The notes: generated from the letters alone by a model not told the origin. Shown: positions 26,696-41,596, numbered from the stretch's first letter. The stretch is 64,000 bases of DNA from Eledone cirrhosa (GCA_964016885.1 OZ024751.1:15934001-15998000); one strand, 5' to 3'. A program made the numbers and translations.

Positions 26696-29220
26696 TGGAG
26701 ATGGAGGTGACTCTCTCGAGGGACTCTGAGACAGGCAATGGGAAGGAAAGGGAAGAAAGGAGGAAAAAAAAGGATGGAGATGGAGGTGACTCTCTTCAGG
26801 GACTCCGAGACAGGCAAGGGGAAGGAAAGGGAAAAAGGGAAGAAAGGAGGAAAAAAGGATGGAGATGGAGGTGACTCTCTTCAGGGACTTCTAGACAGGC
26901 AAGGGGAAGGAAAGGGAAAAAGGGAAGAAAGGAGGAAAAAAGGATGGAGATGGAGGTGACTCTCTTCAGGGACTCCGAGACAGGCAAGGGGAAGGAAAGG
27001 GAAAAAGGGAAGAAAGGAGGAAAAAAGGATGGAAATGGGGGTGACTTTCTTCAGGGACTCCGAGACAGGCAAGGGGAAGGAAAGGGAAAAAGGGAAGAAA
27101 GGAGGAAAAAAGGATGGAGATGGGGGTGACTCTCTTCAGGGACTTCTAGACAGGCAAGGGGAAGGAAAGGGAAAAAGGGAAGAAAGGAGAAAAAAAGGAT
27201 GGAGATGGAGGTGACTTTCTTCAGGGACTCCGAGACAGGCAAGGGGAAGGAAATGGAAAAAGGGAAGAAAGGAGGAAAAAAGGATGGAGATGGAGGTGAC
27301 TCTCTTCAGGGACTTCTAGACAGGCAAGGGGAAGGAAAGGGAAAAAGGGAAGAAAGGAGAAAAAAAGGATGGAGATGGAGGTGACTTTCTTCAGGGACTT
27401 CTAGACAGGCAAGGGGAAGGAAAGGGAAAAAGGGAAGAAAGGAGAAAAAAAGGATGCAGATGGAGGTGACTTTCTTCAGGGACTTCTAGACAGGCAAGGG
27501 GAAGGAAAGGGAAAAAGGGAAGAAAGGAGAAAAAAAGGATGGAGATGGAGGTGACTTTCTTCAGGGACTTCTAGACAGGCAAGGGGAAGGAAAGGGAAAA
27601 AGGGAAGAAAGGAGAAAAAAAGGATGGAGATGGAGGTGACTTTCTTCAGGGACTTCTAGACAGGCAAGGGGAAGGAAAGGGAAAAAGGGAAGAAAGGAGA
27701 AAAAAAGGATGGAGATGGAGGTGACTTTCTTCAGGGACTTCTAGACAGGCAAGGGGAAGGAAAGGGAAAAAGGGAAGAAAGGAGAAAAAAAGGATGGAGA
27801 TGGAGGTGACTTTCTTCAGGGACTTCTAGACAGGCAAGGGGAAGGAAAGGGAAAAAGGGAAGAAAGGAGGAAAAAAGGATGGAGATGGAGGTGACTCTCT
27901 TCAGGGACTTCTAGACAGGCAAGGGGAAGGAAAGGGAAAAAGGGAAGAAAGGAGAAAAAAAGGATGGAGATGGAGGTGACTTTCTTCAGGGACTTCTAGA
28001 CAGGCAAGGGGAAGGAAAGGGAAAAAGGGAAGAAAGGAGAAAAAAAGGATGGAGATGGAGGTGACTTTCTTCAGGGACTTCTAGACAGGCAAGGGGAAGG
28101 AAAGGGAAAAAGGGAAGAAAGGAGAAAAAAAGGATGGAGATGGAGGTGACTTTCTTCAGGGACTCCGAGACAGGCAAGGGGAAGGAAAGGGAAAAAGGGA
28201 AGAAAGGAGGAAAAAAGGATGGAGATGGAGGTGACTTTCTTCAGGGACTTCTAGACAGGCAAGGGGAAGGAAAGGGAAAAAGGGAAGAAAGGAGAAAAAA
28301 AGGATGGAGATGGAGGTGACTTTCTTCAGGGACTTCTAGACAGGCAAGGGGAAGGAAAGGGAAAAAGGGAAGAAAGGAGGAAAAAAGGATGGAGATGGAG
28401 GTGACTTTCTTCAGGGACTCCGAGACAGGCAAGGGGAAGGAAAGGGAAAAAGGGAAGAAAGGAGGAAAAAAGGATGGAGATGGAGGTGACTTTCTTCAGG
28501 GACTCCGAGACAGGCAAGGGGAAGGAAAGGGAAAAAGGGAAGAAAGGAGGAAAAAAGGATGGAGATGGAGGTGACTTTCTTCAGGGACTCCGAGACAGGC
28601 AAGGGGAAGGAAAGGGAAAAAGGGAAGAAAGGAGAAAAAAAGGATGGAGATGGAGGTGACTTTCTTCAGGGACTCCGAGACAGGCAATGGGAAGGAGAGG
28701 GAAAAAGGGAAGAAAGGAGGAAAAAAGGATGGAGATGGAGGTGACTTTCTTCAGGGACTCCGAGACAGGCAAGGGGAAGGAAAGGGAAAAAGGGAAGAAA
28801 GGAGGAAAAAAGGATGGAGATGGAGGTGACTTTCTTCAGGGACTCCGAGACAGGCAAGGGGAAGGAAAGGGAAAAAGGGAAGAAAGGAGAAAAAAAGGAT
28901 GGAGATGGAGGTGACTTTCTTCAGGGACTCCGAGACAGGCAAGGGGAAGGAAAGGGAAAAAGGGAAGAAAGGAGAAAAAAAGGATGGAGATGGAGGTGAC
29001 TTTCTTCAGGGACTCCGAGACAGGCAAGGGGAAGGAAAGGGAAAAAGGGAAGAAAGGAGAAAAAAAGGATGGAGATGGAGGTGACTTTCTTCAGGGACTC
29101 CGAGACAGGCAAGGGGAAGGAAAGGGAAAAAGGGAAGAAAGGAGGAAAAAAGGATGGAGATGGAGGTGACTCTCTTCAGGGACTTCGAGACAGGCAAGGG
29201 GAAGGAAGGGAAAAAGGGAA
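26696..29220. repeat. 85-bp purine-rich tandem repeat, ~30 copies
   Basis: Unit ggagatggaggtgactttcttcagggactccgagacaggcaaggggaaggaaagggaaaaagggaagaaaggaggaaaaaaggat. Diverged monomers continue to ~29870 and again at ~30115. Confidence 0.97.
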
Positions 29221-30304
29221 GAAAGAAGGGAAGAAAGGAGTAAGAGAAAATGATGGAGGCGACCTTGATCAGGGGCTCCGTGACTGGTAGATGTGAATAA
29301 GGAAGAAAGGGAAGCAGGTGACTCTTTCAGGGATTCCATGATAGACGTGGGGCAAGAAGGAAGACACGGAGAGGGGTTACTCTCTTTAGAGACTGATTTG
29401 CAGGGGGAGGAAGACAGCAAGCAAGGGAAGTGAGCCCCTTCAGGGACTCCGAGAGAGGCAGGGGGAAAGAAGGAAGTAAGAGAGGGAGATGATACTCTTC
29501 AGAGACACCATAACTGGCAGGGGGAGGAAGACAGCAAGGAAAGACAGCAAGGAAGGGAAGTGAGCCCCTTCAGGGACTCCGAGACAGGCAGGGGGAGGAA
29601 GACAGCAAGGAAAGACAGCAAGGAAGGGAGATGACCGTCTTCAGGGATTCTGAGGCAGGCAGGAGGGAAGAAGTAAGTAAGGGGGGGGGGGGGAGGAGGT
29701 TACCCGCTTCAGAGAATCCATGACTGGCAAGGGGAGGAAGACAGCAAGGAAAGGAGCAAAGAAGGGGGGCGGGGTAGTACGAAGCAGGCAGAGGGGTAGA
29801 ACGAGGCAGGCAGAGGGGTAGAACGAAGTAAGGGAGGGAGATGATACTCTTCAGAGACACACTGACTGACAAGGTAGAGGAATAGTTCTTCCAGCGCATC
29901 TCCCTTACCATCCTCCGGGGAAAAGCGTTCTCCATTCTGTCCGTCTGGTCTTGGGGCGGCCAGCACATGGGACCCCATTTGCTCACAATACAGAGAGATG
30001 GGGGTGATGACAGTGGAAGTTCGGCGCTTCCGTGTTCGGACACATTGCACCTGTCAAGTGTGTATATTGATTCCTTTATTCTTTGATTATCTAGGGAGAG
30101 GAAGGGAGCAGATAATGGAGGTGATTCCCTTCAGGGTCCCCGAGACATGCAAGAGGTATTCCCGAGCCAGAGATATGTCTGATATGTTTGTAACAGAATG
30201 GACGCTAAAGATACCCAATAACCAGGCAGTGGTAATTACAAAAAAGTCTCTACTATATATACAGCATATTGTATTGATAACACATACAAAGTCTCTTTAA
30301 TGTA

Positions 30305-30468
30305 CGAGGGTCAGCTGAAAAGTTCATAGGTTCTCTATGAAGGTGTAATGCTAGCGTTGTGAAATCTTGCATGCATTAACTTCATCTCTTCTTATTAATA
30401 ACTGCATTGTTTCTTTTCATTCCATCAGAGTATGTTGGTCAGCCTATCAACTTTTCTGCCGATCCTCG
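30305..30468. mobile_element. Mariner-type MITE
   Basis: TA|cgagggtcagctgaaaagttcatagg ... cctatcaacttttctgccgatcctcg|TA: imperfect TIRs with TA TSD. Confidence 0.8.
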
Positions 30469-31102
30469 TAAAAATGCATGATTTAATTGCATAGATAAGC
30501 TCTCTTATTATATATGCCCTATACTGTATTAATTATATATAACCACTGGTCTACTGCCTCATATACACATTTCCTTCTCTCCCCAACGTGTTGTAAGGCA
30601 GTTACTTTAAGTTCTCTTAGAGTTGTTTGGAATGTATTCACTTACCACATGCTGATGAACCTGGGTGAGTTCAATCCAAACACTGATTTTCTGGCGAAAC
30701 AATCTCTCTGAGTTTGTACGTGTGTGATATATAGTTATAAATGTGGGTTCCTTCATTCTAATTTATATTTTTAATTATAATGTATCACCTTTCTTAGTTT
30801 ATAGGTTTCATACGTTAGTGGTATTCCCTGTAATTTGATAAACACACACTCTCTCTAGTGTGTTTACTTCTCTATATTATATTTGAAGAGCCCGGGATTC
30901 TTTTTATTTTGAGCTCATGAATTACAGGGGCTAACGTGAGCTTCTGACTACGTTACTTCATTGTGATTTATAAATAATTATATATATATAGAGGTAGAAC
31001 ACTGGAGGGTAATATCCGTAGTATTAGAGCACTCAGTCTATGGGACGAGTTTGGTAGAAGTAGTAACACAACAGTTAGTTCACCATACCGAGAACAATTG
31101 TT

Positions 31103-31137
31103 AGCTGAAGATCCGCAAAGTGAAACGATTGTTCTCG
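31103..31137 (+). ncRNA. Minimal hammerhead motif (same family) at the junction of an inverted insert 30990-31168
   Basis: ag-CTGAAGA-tccgcaaagt-GAAA-cgattg-TT-ctcg. A more degenerate copy is on the minus strand at ~35471-35510. Confidence 0.6.
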
Positions 31138-31193
31138 GTATGGTGAACTAACTGTTGTGTTACTACTATACATATATACATACATACATACGT

Positions 31194-31290
<97 letters not shown>

Positions 31291-31372
31291 TATATATATT
31301 ATATATATATATATATATTATATATATATATATATATATAAATATATATATATATTATATATATATATATAA

Positions 31373-31438
<66 letters not shown>

Positions 31439-31731
31439 TAAATATATATATATTATATATATATATATATAAATATATATATATATGCAAAAGTTCTATT
31501 TAAAATTGTTGGGTTACAACGAGTAAATATTTTATAACTGATATAAAAGCGCTCAACAGTTTTTGGAGTAGGTTTACGATATTAAACAAATGGAAACTAT
31601 ATTTATAAAACCATATTTATTTCGTTATATATATTTCTGGGATATCATATTAAAAATAATATGATATCCCAGAAATATATATAACGAAATAAATATGGTT
31701 TTATAAATATAATTTCCATTTGTTTAATAGC

Positions 31732-31807
<76 letters not shown>

Positions 31808-32302
31808 TAAATATATATATATATATTTATTAAATATATATATATATATTTAATAATTGCTGATCGATACTGTAATCGATGGTGAACATTCTTTTTTCTC
31901 TGATTCTCATAAACAGATCTGTCTATGGAAGTACAGCCATTTATGTGAGTACAGCAATATTTTTTAATACCTTAGTGTATGGTTTTAAATATGTATTTAA
32001 ATTTACATATCATTTGCTATATATATATATATATATATATGTACAAAATACCAGTTTCTTTCAGACTTGATATATTCTCGTATATAGTTTATAATGTTTA
32101 GATGTTCTGAAGAGAAGTTTATTGAGCGTTGTACTGAGAAATATCATTTATATATATTTTATATTTTATATGTATTGATTAAACCCAAAAAATAACATAT
32201 ATAAATATAAGAGCGGTGCCCCAGCATGGCCTCACCCGGATAGCTGGAACCGGTAGAAGAGTAAAGTAAAAGAATATATATATATATGTATATGTATGTA
32301 TA

Positions 32303-32388
<86 letters not shown>

Positions 32389-32590
32389 AAAGTTCTATTT
32401 AAAATTGTTGGGATACAACAAGTAAATATTTTATAACTGATATAAAGCACTCGACAAGTTTTTGGAGTAGATATACGATATTAATAAATGGAAACTATAT
32501 TTATAAAACCATATTTATTTCATACTACATATTTCAGGGATACCAAATTAAAATATGGTATGCCTTCATCAGACAAAATATATGTATTTT

Positions 32591-32645
32591 GTCTGATGAA
32601 GGCATACCATATTTTAATTTGGTATCCCTGAAATATGTATAATGA
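32591..32645 (+). ncRNA. Hammerhead motif (inverted twin on the minus strand at 32521-32575)
   Basis: CTGATGA-aggcataccatattttaatttggtatccct-GAAA-tatg-TA. Helix I is unclear because of the inversion junction. Confidence 0.62.
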
Positions 32646-32983
32646 AATAAATATGGTTTTATAAATATAGTTTCCATTTATTAATATCGTATATATATAT
32701 ATATATTCATTAGTTAAGCAAAACAAGACCACAAATTTCACAAGGAAGACATTATTAAAAGATTGTCAACATATTTTAGTTTGATGTAAGGAATGTAGAG
32801 AATAATAATAATAATATTAATAATAATAATGTCCCTTTACAATTGCCACCTAGCTGCTTTCTACTGCATATTGCACATTGAGCACATGCCTTTACGCGTT
32901 GTCTTCTAACTAATTCACCAATCTCTCCTCTCCTATCTCCTCTCCTATCTCCATCTCTCTCTTTAAGATTGGTTACTTTTCAA

Positions 32984-33033
<50 letters not shown>

Positions 33034-33121
33034 GCATACTCCAGTCCCACAAACTGTAGAGTGCTTCTTATCCGATATCTGCATTGCTTTATTGTACTAC
33101 AATAAAACTCACCTCCTACAT

Positions 33122-33158
<37 letters not shown>

Positions 33159-33457
33159 AGATATATATCTGTGTGGTGTGGGTGCGCGTGTGTGTATGTA
33201 AAAGTAATACAAAAATCACAAAACAAACGGCACAGTACATGGAAGAAATATATTAGTTTAACGCTTGAAATGGCAGAAAGAGAGTTTCAACGTTTCGGAC
33301 ACTAGTCCTTCATGAGAAAGTAGAGTTAGAAATAGAAGATAAATAGAAAGTAAAGGGGAAGGAACGGGGAAAATGAGAACAAAAGCTGGGGAAAAAAACA
33401 TACATGTGCGTATTCAGTCGGTACCGTATATGGAAGGAATATATTATTTTAGCGCTT

Positions 33458-33492
33458 GAAATAGTTTCGGACGCTAGTCCTTCATCAGACGA
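33458..33492 (-). ncRNA. Hammerhead motif (tandem degenerate copy at ~33285-33320)
   Basis: Minus strand: CTGATGA-aggactagcgtcc-GAAA-ctatttc. Second copy: CTCATGA-aggactagtgtcc-GAAA-cg-TT-gaaa. Confidence 0.6.
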
Positions 33493-33815
33493 AAGAATGA
33501 CAAATTAGAAAGATAGAAGGGACAAACAGACAGGAATCGGAAAAAATGTTTTTAGAGAAAAATAACAGGTCCATTAATGTTGCCATCTCTTGGAAAACTG
33601 TTGGTGCTGGCGTTTTGTGTATGATATATATATATAAGTCAATTTTTGGTTTAATCAATACATAAAATATATATGAATAATGTTTCTCAGTAAAAAGCCC
33701 AAGAAACTTATATTCAGTGCATTTATGACATAATATAAACTTCATTTTGTTGTATTCTTTTCTACTAGATGTCACTAAAGAGAAGATTTTAAACCATTAT
33801 TTATATTTTAATCCA

Positions 33816-34208
33816 GGGCGGTGGATTGGCAGTATCGGTAGAGGGTCGGACGCCATGCTTTCCAGCATAGTTACGTCCCTTTACGATCTGAGTTCAAATC
33901 CCGCCGAGGTTGACTTTGCCTTTCATCCTTACGGGGTCGATAAAATAAAGTACCAGTAATGCACTGGGTAATTGCTGGCCTTGTGCCTAAACTAGAAACA
34001 ATTATTTATATTTTAATAGGGCGGTGGATTGGCAGTATCGGTGGAGGGTCGGACGCCATACTTTCCAGCATAGTTATGTCCCTTTACGATCTGAGTTCAA
34101 ATCTCGCCGAGGTTGACTATGCCTTTCATCCTTACGGGGTCGATAAAATAAAGTACCAGTAATGCACTGGGTAATTGCTGGCCTTGTGCCTAATGTAGAA
34201 ACAATTAT
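33816..34208 (+). mobile_element. Same SINE family, tandem dimer
   Basis: Two ~190-bp units. tttatattttaat is repeated before, between and after them. Confidence 0.85.
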
Positions 34209-34949
34209 TTATATTTTAATAATTTTCGAATTTATTTCAAATTGGAAACAGTTCTTTTGTCGACATTTTTACATTGTATTCTAACTCATTGTTTTCTTGT
34301 GAATCTGTCCATCTTTATAAATTACTAACTCCAGTAATTCTTTCCAATGTATTGTATGTTAGTTTCTAAACTTATTTCGTATTGTATTTTTAACTGTGTA
34401 GATAATATTAAGTTAAGTGCAAGTTATTCTGCTTTAGAACACACCTTTAATTCTTTTAATACAATTTGATGTAGAGATCTATGGCAGTAACTTTAATGGA
34501 GTATATCTCTTTTTGAGTTTTCCTTTCAGCATTTAAAATATTTCAATTAAACTGTCATTTGATTTCAAAGTGACAATACATGTACTGGTTGAAACAAATT
34601 TAAGAACAAAACGCTCTTTATAAAATTCCTCTGATGCAAATGAATTATTGTGCTTTCATGTAAAGTTTAACAAGAGCATTCGGTAAGCTTTGCCCGACTT
34701 AAACTAATACCAAACGATTACGAAAATTTATCAGATAAAAGCTTATACTTAAGTTTGATTTAAACAATATTTGTAAAGTTGCGCAGAGGTATGTTGTACG
34801 AACAGTTTATCAATAAAAGTTGTTATATTGGATCTTAAATATTATCCGATTCACTGCCATTTAAGATACATTCATAGATGAATGGGTACAGATATACACA
34901 TAAGTATATACCCACAGCCACACACACACATACACACACATCACACACA

Positions 34950-35053
<104 letters not shown>

Positions 35054-35344
35054 GTAATAATAAGTACAAATACCAAAATCCAGAGAGGACTCCATAAGGG
35101 TTGTATATATAAAAATAAATAAATAAATATATATATATATTTATATATATATATATATATATATGTAAGTATATAGGGGTTTACACCCTAGAGCAAATAT
35201 TTATTATTAGCACAGATTAAATGTTTAAGCAATCCATTTCTTAAACTTTTAATCTGTGCTAATAATAATGATAATGATAATATATATATGTATGTATATA
35301 TATTTATATTTATATATATATTTATGTATGTGTATATATATATA

Positions 35345-35381
<37 letters not shown>

Positions 35382-36056
35382 TGTAGAATCCCAACGACTA
35401 AGGATTTTCAAAGGTATTAATATATATATATATATATAGAAGTGGTTACACAACAGTTAGTTCACCATACCGAGAACAATTGTTTCACCTTAGTGGATCC
35501 TTAGCTAGTAATGGACCTATATATATATATATACAGATATTGAATGATAAGATTATAGATAATCGATAATCAAAGGGTAACCCCCGGTCAGTATACATAA
35601 TAAACGAATGTTATATTACACAATACCTTGTCTAATATTTCATATCTACCTATCCAAAAACACATACATACATACATATATATATGTGTATACGAGTTAT
35701 CGTTTTCAATTACTCTTGTTTAAGAGCTAGAGGTAACTCTAATCAAGGACTGCCTCAACATATAGTGGTTTTTGACTCAATAAAGGGTTACATCAGGAGG
35801 TCGATCGTAGGGCATTCTGTAGAGGGTTCTGTAGTCAGTAATCCATAGAGTAGTTACAAATAGATAGAGACTTACACAGATTAGCAATGCAGTAGGATTT
35901 AATTTAAGCATTTACATATGTTCTATTATTGGAGTGTAGGAAGCCCGCCTGGAAGCCACTAACTCCAAAATATATATATATATAAAGAAAAAAGTAGAGT
36001 TGAGATGGAGGGTCTGTTGTTTTTCTCACATCTCACAGATGTGAGAAAAACCACAG

Positions 36057-36129
<73 letters not shown>

Positions 36130-36247
36130 CTACTTATCCGATATCTGCATTGCTTTATTGTACTACAATAAAACTCACCTCCTACATATATATATATATA
36201 TGTAGGAGAGAAACTGAGAAAAACCACAGACCCTCCATCTCAACTCA

Positions 36248-36285
36248 CCTTTTGAAAAGCAGAAGAACTGCGAAACCGGTAAAGG
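36248..36285 (+). ncRNA. Minimal hammerhead motif, U3-A8 core variant
   Basis: cctt-TTGAAAA-gcagaagaactgc-GAAA-ccgg-TA-aagg. All three helices pair. Confidence 0.75.
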
Positions 36286-36416
36286 AACCAAATAAATATA
36301 TATATTTAAAAAAAAAATAAGACTCCAGTTGCATTTTCGATTTCATCTTTTTTTCTTTATACTTTCACTCGTGTAGGACACCTCGGTTATTTTTCATTTT
36401 GTAAAAAAAACCTCAC

Positions 36417-36456
<40 letters not shown>

Positions 36457-36715
36457 CAAAGAAATTGTGGTAAGGAACCAGATTGACCATAACGTACCAG
36501 AGTACTAAATACTTAGGCTAGTAGAGTGGGAAATAGGAAAAAGTATGACCCCCAAGGCAGAGCTCAAGCCGTTTCGACGGCTATTTCAGAAATAGCCGTC
36601 GAAACGGCTTGAGCTCTGCCTTCGGGGTCATACTTTTTCCTATATGTATATATATATATTGGGGTTAGCGGCTTTCAGACGGGCTTCCTTTTATATATAT
36701 ATGTAAAGATTCAGA

Positions 36716-36812
36716 ACCCTGACAGTTGAGCTCTGGCTGTTTCGACAGCTAGATCCGAACTAAGTCATCAGTATTAGAACGGTGGGAATCTAGCTGAACT
36801 TATCAAGGGGTA
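36716..36812 (-). ncRNA. Hammerhead motif, U3-A8 variant with long helix II
   Basis: Minus strand: cccc-TTGATAA-gttcagctagatt...gatctagctgtc-GAAA-cagccagagctcaactg-TC-aggg. 3' halves of the same family at ~23475-23540, 36548-36630 and 48602-48645. Confidence 0.68.
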
Positions 36813-37181
36813 CAGTCTATATATGGGCATGCAGTCAAAGCAAAAAAGCAAAAAAATCTAATCAAAAACTCTTCTTGTTTTTCTCCGGGAGTGGTCAGTA
36901 ATCTGGGGGTAGGTGTTATCTTAGATCAAATGGCTCGTTTAGACCTGTTAAATATCATGTATATAGTTTATTACCTTCTTGGCGGCGAGGGGCTAGACAG
37001 GCCGAAATACAAGGGGAAAGGGGTTATATATATGGAAAAGAAGGCAATACATTTAAAAACAAGATTTACTTCTTACAATGTTTCATCTCGAAGTACAATT
37101 ATAATACATAGATCGACATATATGTGTGCATCAAATATAAATATTTATATATACATATATATGTATATATATATGTATATA

Positions 37182-37255
<74 letters not shown>

Positions 37256-37285
37256 TATATATATATATATACATACATACATATA

Positions 37286-37889
37286 GTGGCTGCCAACTCG
37301 TTTTCGAGTACGGCCACTACTTTATATCAATATAGGAGAACCCCTACCGATGCGCTGAACGAGTGTGACTTTTTAGTCCAGCCAGCGACTTGAAAACTCT
37401 GGTAAAACACTACACTTGTGACAATTATTGACACAATGCTGGGCCCATGGTACCATGTGACGACAAGTGCAGAGAGATCTCCAGATATAAAGCAATGCCT
37501 GTGCCGTGAAGCTTTTATAGTGAGAAAAGGCATTGCACAAAGCCAGTCCCACTCTCTTAACCAAGATGATATTTACCAAAAAGAAGAACAAGTCAACATC
37601 ATTGGACACCATCAGGGTTGCAGGTGTTATATCAGAGTTTTCCTTCTCCTAGAATTCTGCCTTGACAAAGGCTAAGGGGTCATCTCTCCTGGTGATTTTG
37701 GATGGCCATTGACTCTTAAGAGCTCCTTTGCTCTTTGACAGGTTTTGTTTTTAATCCTGCAGGATGTTCAAAGTCACCCTCCTCACCAAGAAACCTTGGT
37801 CGGGTTGCCAGTTTAGTCGCCAACGACCCGACCATGAGACAGGTTGTACTGGGATACATGTTACCAGTAGCACCAACTGGTGACCTGAC
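37286..37889 (-). mobile_element. Non-autonomous RTE-like derivative, copy 2 (longer 5' end)
   Basis: Near-identical to 22284-22832 plus ~57 bp extra. Flanked by TA/CA microsatellite. Confidence 0.6.
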
Positions 37890-37899
37890 ATATACATAC

Positions 37900-37935
<36 letters not shown>

Positions 37936-37959
37936 ATATATAATATAACACACACACAC

Positions 37960-38084
<125 letters not shown>

Positions 38085-38960
38085 GATTCAGTTAGTTTCA
38101 TACAGATTTATCTACCAAATTATACTTTGTACTCACTATTCTTTTGCTATCTCGACTCTAAAATAGAAGATATCTGTCGAAGTTGTTACAAAGTGGCATC
38201 AAATCAAAACCACCATTGTTGTATAGTATATATCGTTACAACCTTTCCACGCCTCTTCCTTCGTAACAAACACGGACAGGATTCGAACAACTGAACCAAT
38301 TGTTTGTTTGTCGATTACTTCACCAAGTATAATACAGTGTGTTTCTTGCTCAATTTAATTATATTATAAACTACAACTTCTAAATAACAAATAGTATTTA
38401 AACAATTTCGATTTCAATTAAATGGATTTACAAAGCTAAAAAAAAACAATAAAAAACAAAACAACACAAAAAACCCGGAAAAACACACAAAAGAAAATAA
38501 ATAAAACAAAGGCACAATAGAAACCTAAAAAAATATATTTTGTAAATTTGAAAACATATTAATAGCCTGAAATCGTGTTTTTTCTTTGCGTTAAACAGAA
38601 GAAAATATATTTTTTAGTAATGCCTTTTTTATTTCTCTATTGTATTTTGTTACAGTTTGTTGTTTTTAACCAATTTACTTTTTACTGTTTTCCCATTAGA
38701 AGAAAACATTCCATAGAAAAATCTACAATTTTCCCCAGCTATTTCGATTGCACTTTTCCCATGGAACTTAACATTCCATTTAGTAGCTGAAAAAAAAAAA
38801 AATTCTATTCTTAATCTTCCGGAGAAAATATTCTTTAAGTGAAGTAACGTTAGATTTGGACGGAATCTATTGTTTCCATTCGTCCTTCAGATACTTTATT
38901 AATGTTCTCGTGGTGGCAAAGTGGCTGATATAGTAGAGTACTGGTTGGGAGGATTTAGTG

Positions 38961-39345
38961 CAGTGGTTCTCAAAGTAGGTGCTACAGCCCCTCCTCCCGG
39001 GGGAAGGGGGGGGGGGGGGGGTGCGTTGAGAAGGTCCAAGGGAGAGCTGGGGCGTAAGGGAGTGGTGGAGGGGTGGTAGAGATGATATAATAGCTTATTA
39101 AATATCAAATGATATATATATATATATATATATGTGTGCATATATATATATAGTAAAATATATAATATTTATTTATACATAGTATATATTATATTATTTA
39201 TCATGTATGAATTAGCGATTTTATATATTATAGTTTATATTTACAATTTGCGTGTAGGCATGTCTCACTGGAAATAGGGGGTGCTGCGGATATTACGTGG
39301 TTGTGAGAGGGGCAGTGGCCCCAAAAGTTTGATTGAGGACCTCTG
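38961..39345. mobile_element. hAT/Charlie-type MITE
   Basis: cagtggttctcaa ... ttgaggacctctg TIRs. Degenerate 8-bp TSD atttagtg/attaactg. Confidence 0.65.
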
Positions 39346-40956
39346 ATTAACTGCATGCATATCCTGTTTGCTCGTTCCAGTTACTACTACAAGGATGCTG
39401 TCGTGACACACGGCGTGTCATGTAATGCCTCCCTTTCCAGCCTTAATATTATATCATAATTCTACCTATCGGACGTTTCAATAGATTATAAAAGGACAAA
39501 ATGAATACTTTTGTAGTTTGTTGAGCGACGAGGTTATAGTTTCCGTAATAAATCTTCATGAAACGAATTGGCTGTCATCAACATGTCGGATAGAAGGGCT
39601 TGCAGGGACAGAGAAAGTCAGAGAAAAACTAAACTCTGAAATTGGGAGTCGTTAGAACGTCGGATAGAATACTTGGCGGTATTTGTTCTGACTCCCTGTT
39701 CCCTCAGTTCAAATCCCACCGAGGTAAATTTTGTCCTTCATGCATTCGGGGTTGATAAAGTACTGAGGTCTATATCTTTTTCTCATTACCTTTCTTTCAC
39801 TGTCTCTATCCTTCTCTAGTAGAAATCTGCTATGTTCCGTTATGGAGAGGAGATGGGCTTTGTTAGGTTTCAAAATGCTCTAGGAAACGCCGTATATCAC
39901 TGCTGTGCCCCTACAACTCGCTCAGTAGTTACGGATCCATAGTTATAAATTCAACCCCACCATTGCAGTAGTACTTTATTCGTCGGCCTCAAAAAGAATA
40001 AAAAGTAAAATTGACCTCGACGGAATTTGAACTCGGAGCGCAATGAGCCGGGAATGAATAGCGCGAATCGTTTTACTCTCAATATTTTGACGTCTCTGTT
40101 AATTCGTTGTATGAGGATTTATTACTGAAACTATAACCTCACTCAGTAAACAACAAAAATATTAATTTTGTACTTTTATGATCAATTGAAACCTCCCATG
40201 AGTCGAATTATTATTTAATATTGAAGCAATAAAACAAATATCAATAACAAGCTGGAACAATGAGATCAACAATTGTAGTTCTTTCTTTTCAATAATGTTG
40301 CTGCTATTCTGTTAAATGAATATAATCTTTAAGCTAAGATAGAGTGCAAATCAATTTGACACTCCATTTTGTATTTGCAGCTAAAAATCATTTGACATCA
40401 TTCGGTTATATACGGCTATTTGTGGAGAGCAACATTTCTCATTTTGGCTAGAAATGTCTAATTATTTGGTGTGGGAAATATACAATGCTAATGGATTTAT
40501 ATAGAATTGGACAGTTCTTAGCATCAATGGAGATACATATATCAACCTTCTTTGACTATTAAAGCCAACTGCAACTTTCATTCGGTTGGATTTAATATAT
40601 AAATACAGCAGTGATATTCTATGGTCAATTGTATCCATATAACAGAATAATGTGAGATTTGTTTAGTGTGCTGTGAAGGGGCGTACTCTCCAACAAGGCC
40701 TCATATTACAGAAATTTGAAATAAACATGGAAATAAATTTATAATTGGTTATTAGGAGAATAGGGGTCAATAGAAACACGAGGAACATGTAATTTAGGGG
40801 AGAAGTCCATTCGAAAAAAGGGAGAGAAAAAATATTAAGTGAAAATAAATATGATGGCGGCAAATTGGCAGAATCTTTAGAAAGTCGGATAGAACGCCTT
40901 GCGGTATTTATTCCGACACTTTGCACTTTAGATGTCATTACTTTGTCCAGTATTTA

Positions 40957-41520
40957 GGGCAGTGGATTGGCAGTATCGGTAGAAGGTCGGACGCCATGCT
41001 TTCCAGCATAGTTACGTCCCTTTACGATCTGAGTTCAAATCCCGCCGAGGTTGACTTTGCCTTTCATCCTTACGGAGTCGATAAAATAAAGTACCAGTAA
41101 TGCACTGGGTAATTTGCTGGCCTTGTGCCTAAAGTAGAAACAATTATTTTGTCCAGTATCCGCAGAGGGGTCGGACGCCATACCTTGCAACAAAGAGTTA
41201 CAGCCCTTTATGGTCTGAGTTCAAATCCCGCCGAGGTTCGCTTTGCCTTTCATCCTTACAGGGTCGATAAAATAAAGTACCAGTAATACACTGGATTAAT
41301 TGTTGGCCTTGTGCCAAAAGTAGAAATAATTATTTTGTTCAGTATCCGTAGAGGGTCGGGCGCCATGCTTAGCAGCAAAGAGTTACGGCCATTTATGATC
41401 TGAGTTCAAATCTCGCTGAGGTTAACTTTGCCTTTCATCCTTACGGGGTCGATAAAATAAAGTACCAGTAACGTACTGTCATAATTGCTGGCCTTGTACC
41501 GAAAGTAGAAACAATTATTT
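40957..41520 (+). mobile_element. Same SINE family, tandem trimer
   Basis: Three units separated by attattttgtcc(ag)-like joints. Confidence 0.85.
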
Positions 41521-41596
41521 TGTCCGTTCTCCGTTTGGTACTTTGTTAGATAGAATTTTAAAATATACGAATAAAACTACATATAAATTAGCTAAA

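Noticed and set aside
26696-29220. CRISPR array or repetitive protein
   Set aside because: No unique spacers, no cas genes, eukaryotic context. The 85-bp unit is not a multiple of 3 and frames hit stops.
26696-29220. CTGAAGA on the minus strand of each satellite unit as a tandem hammerhead
   Set aside because: No helix II followed by GAAA and no helix III/NUH downstream.
40381-40560. Exon after tttgtatttgcag
   Set aside because: Stops in the frames examined and no strong donor.
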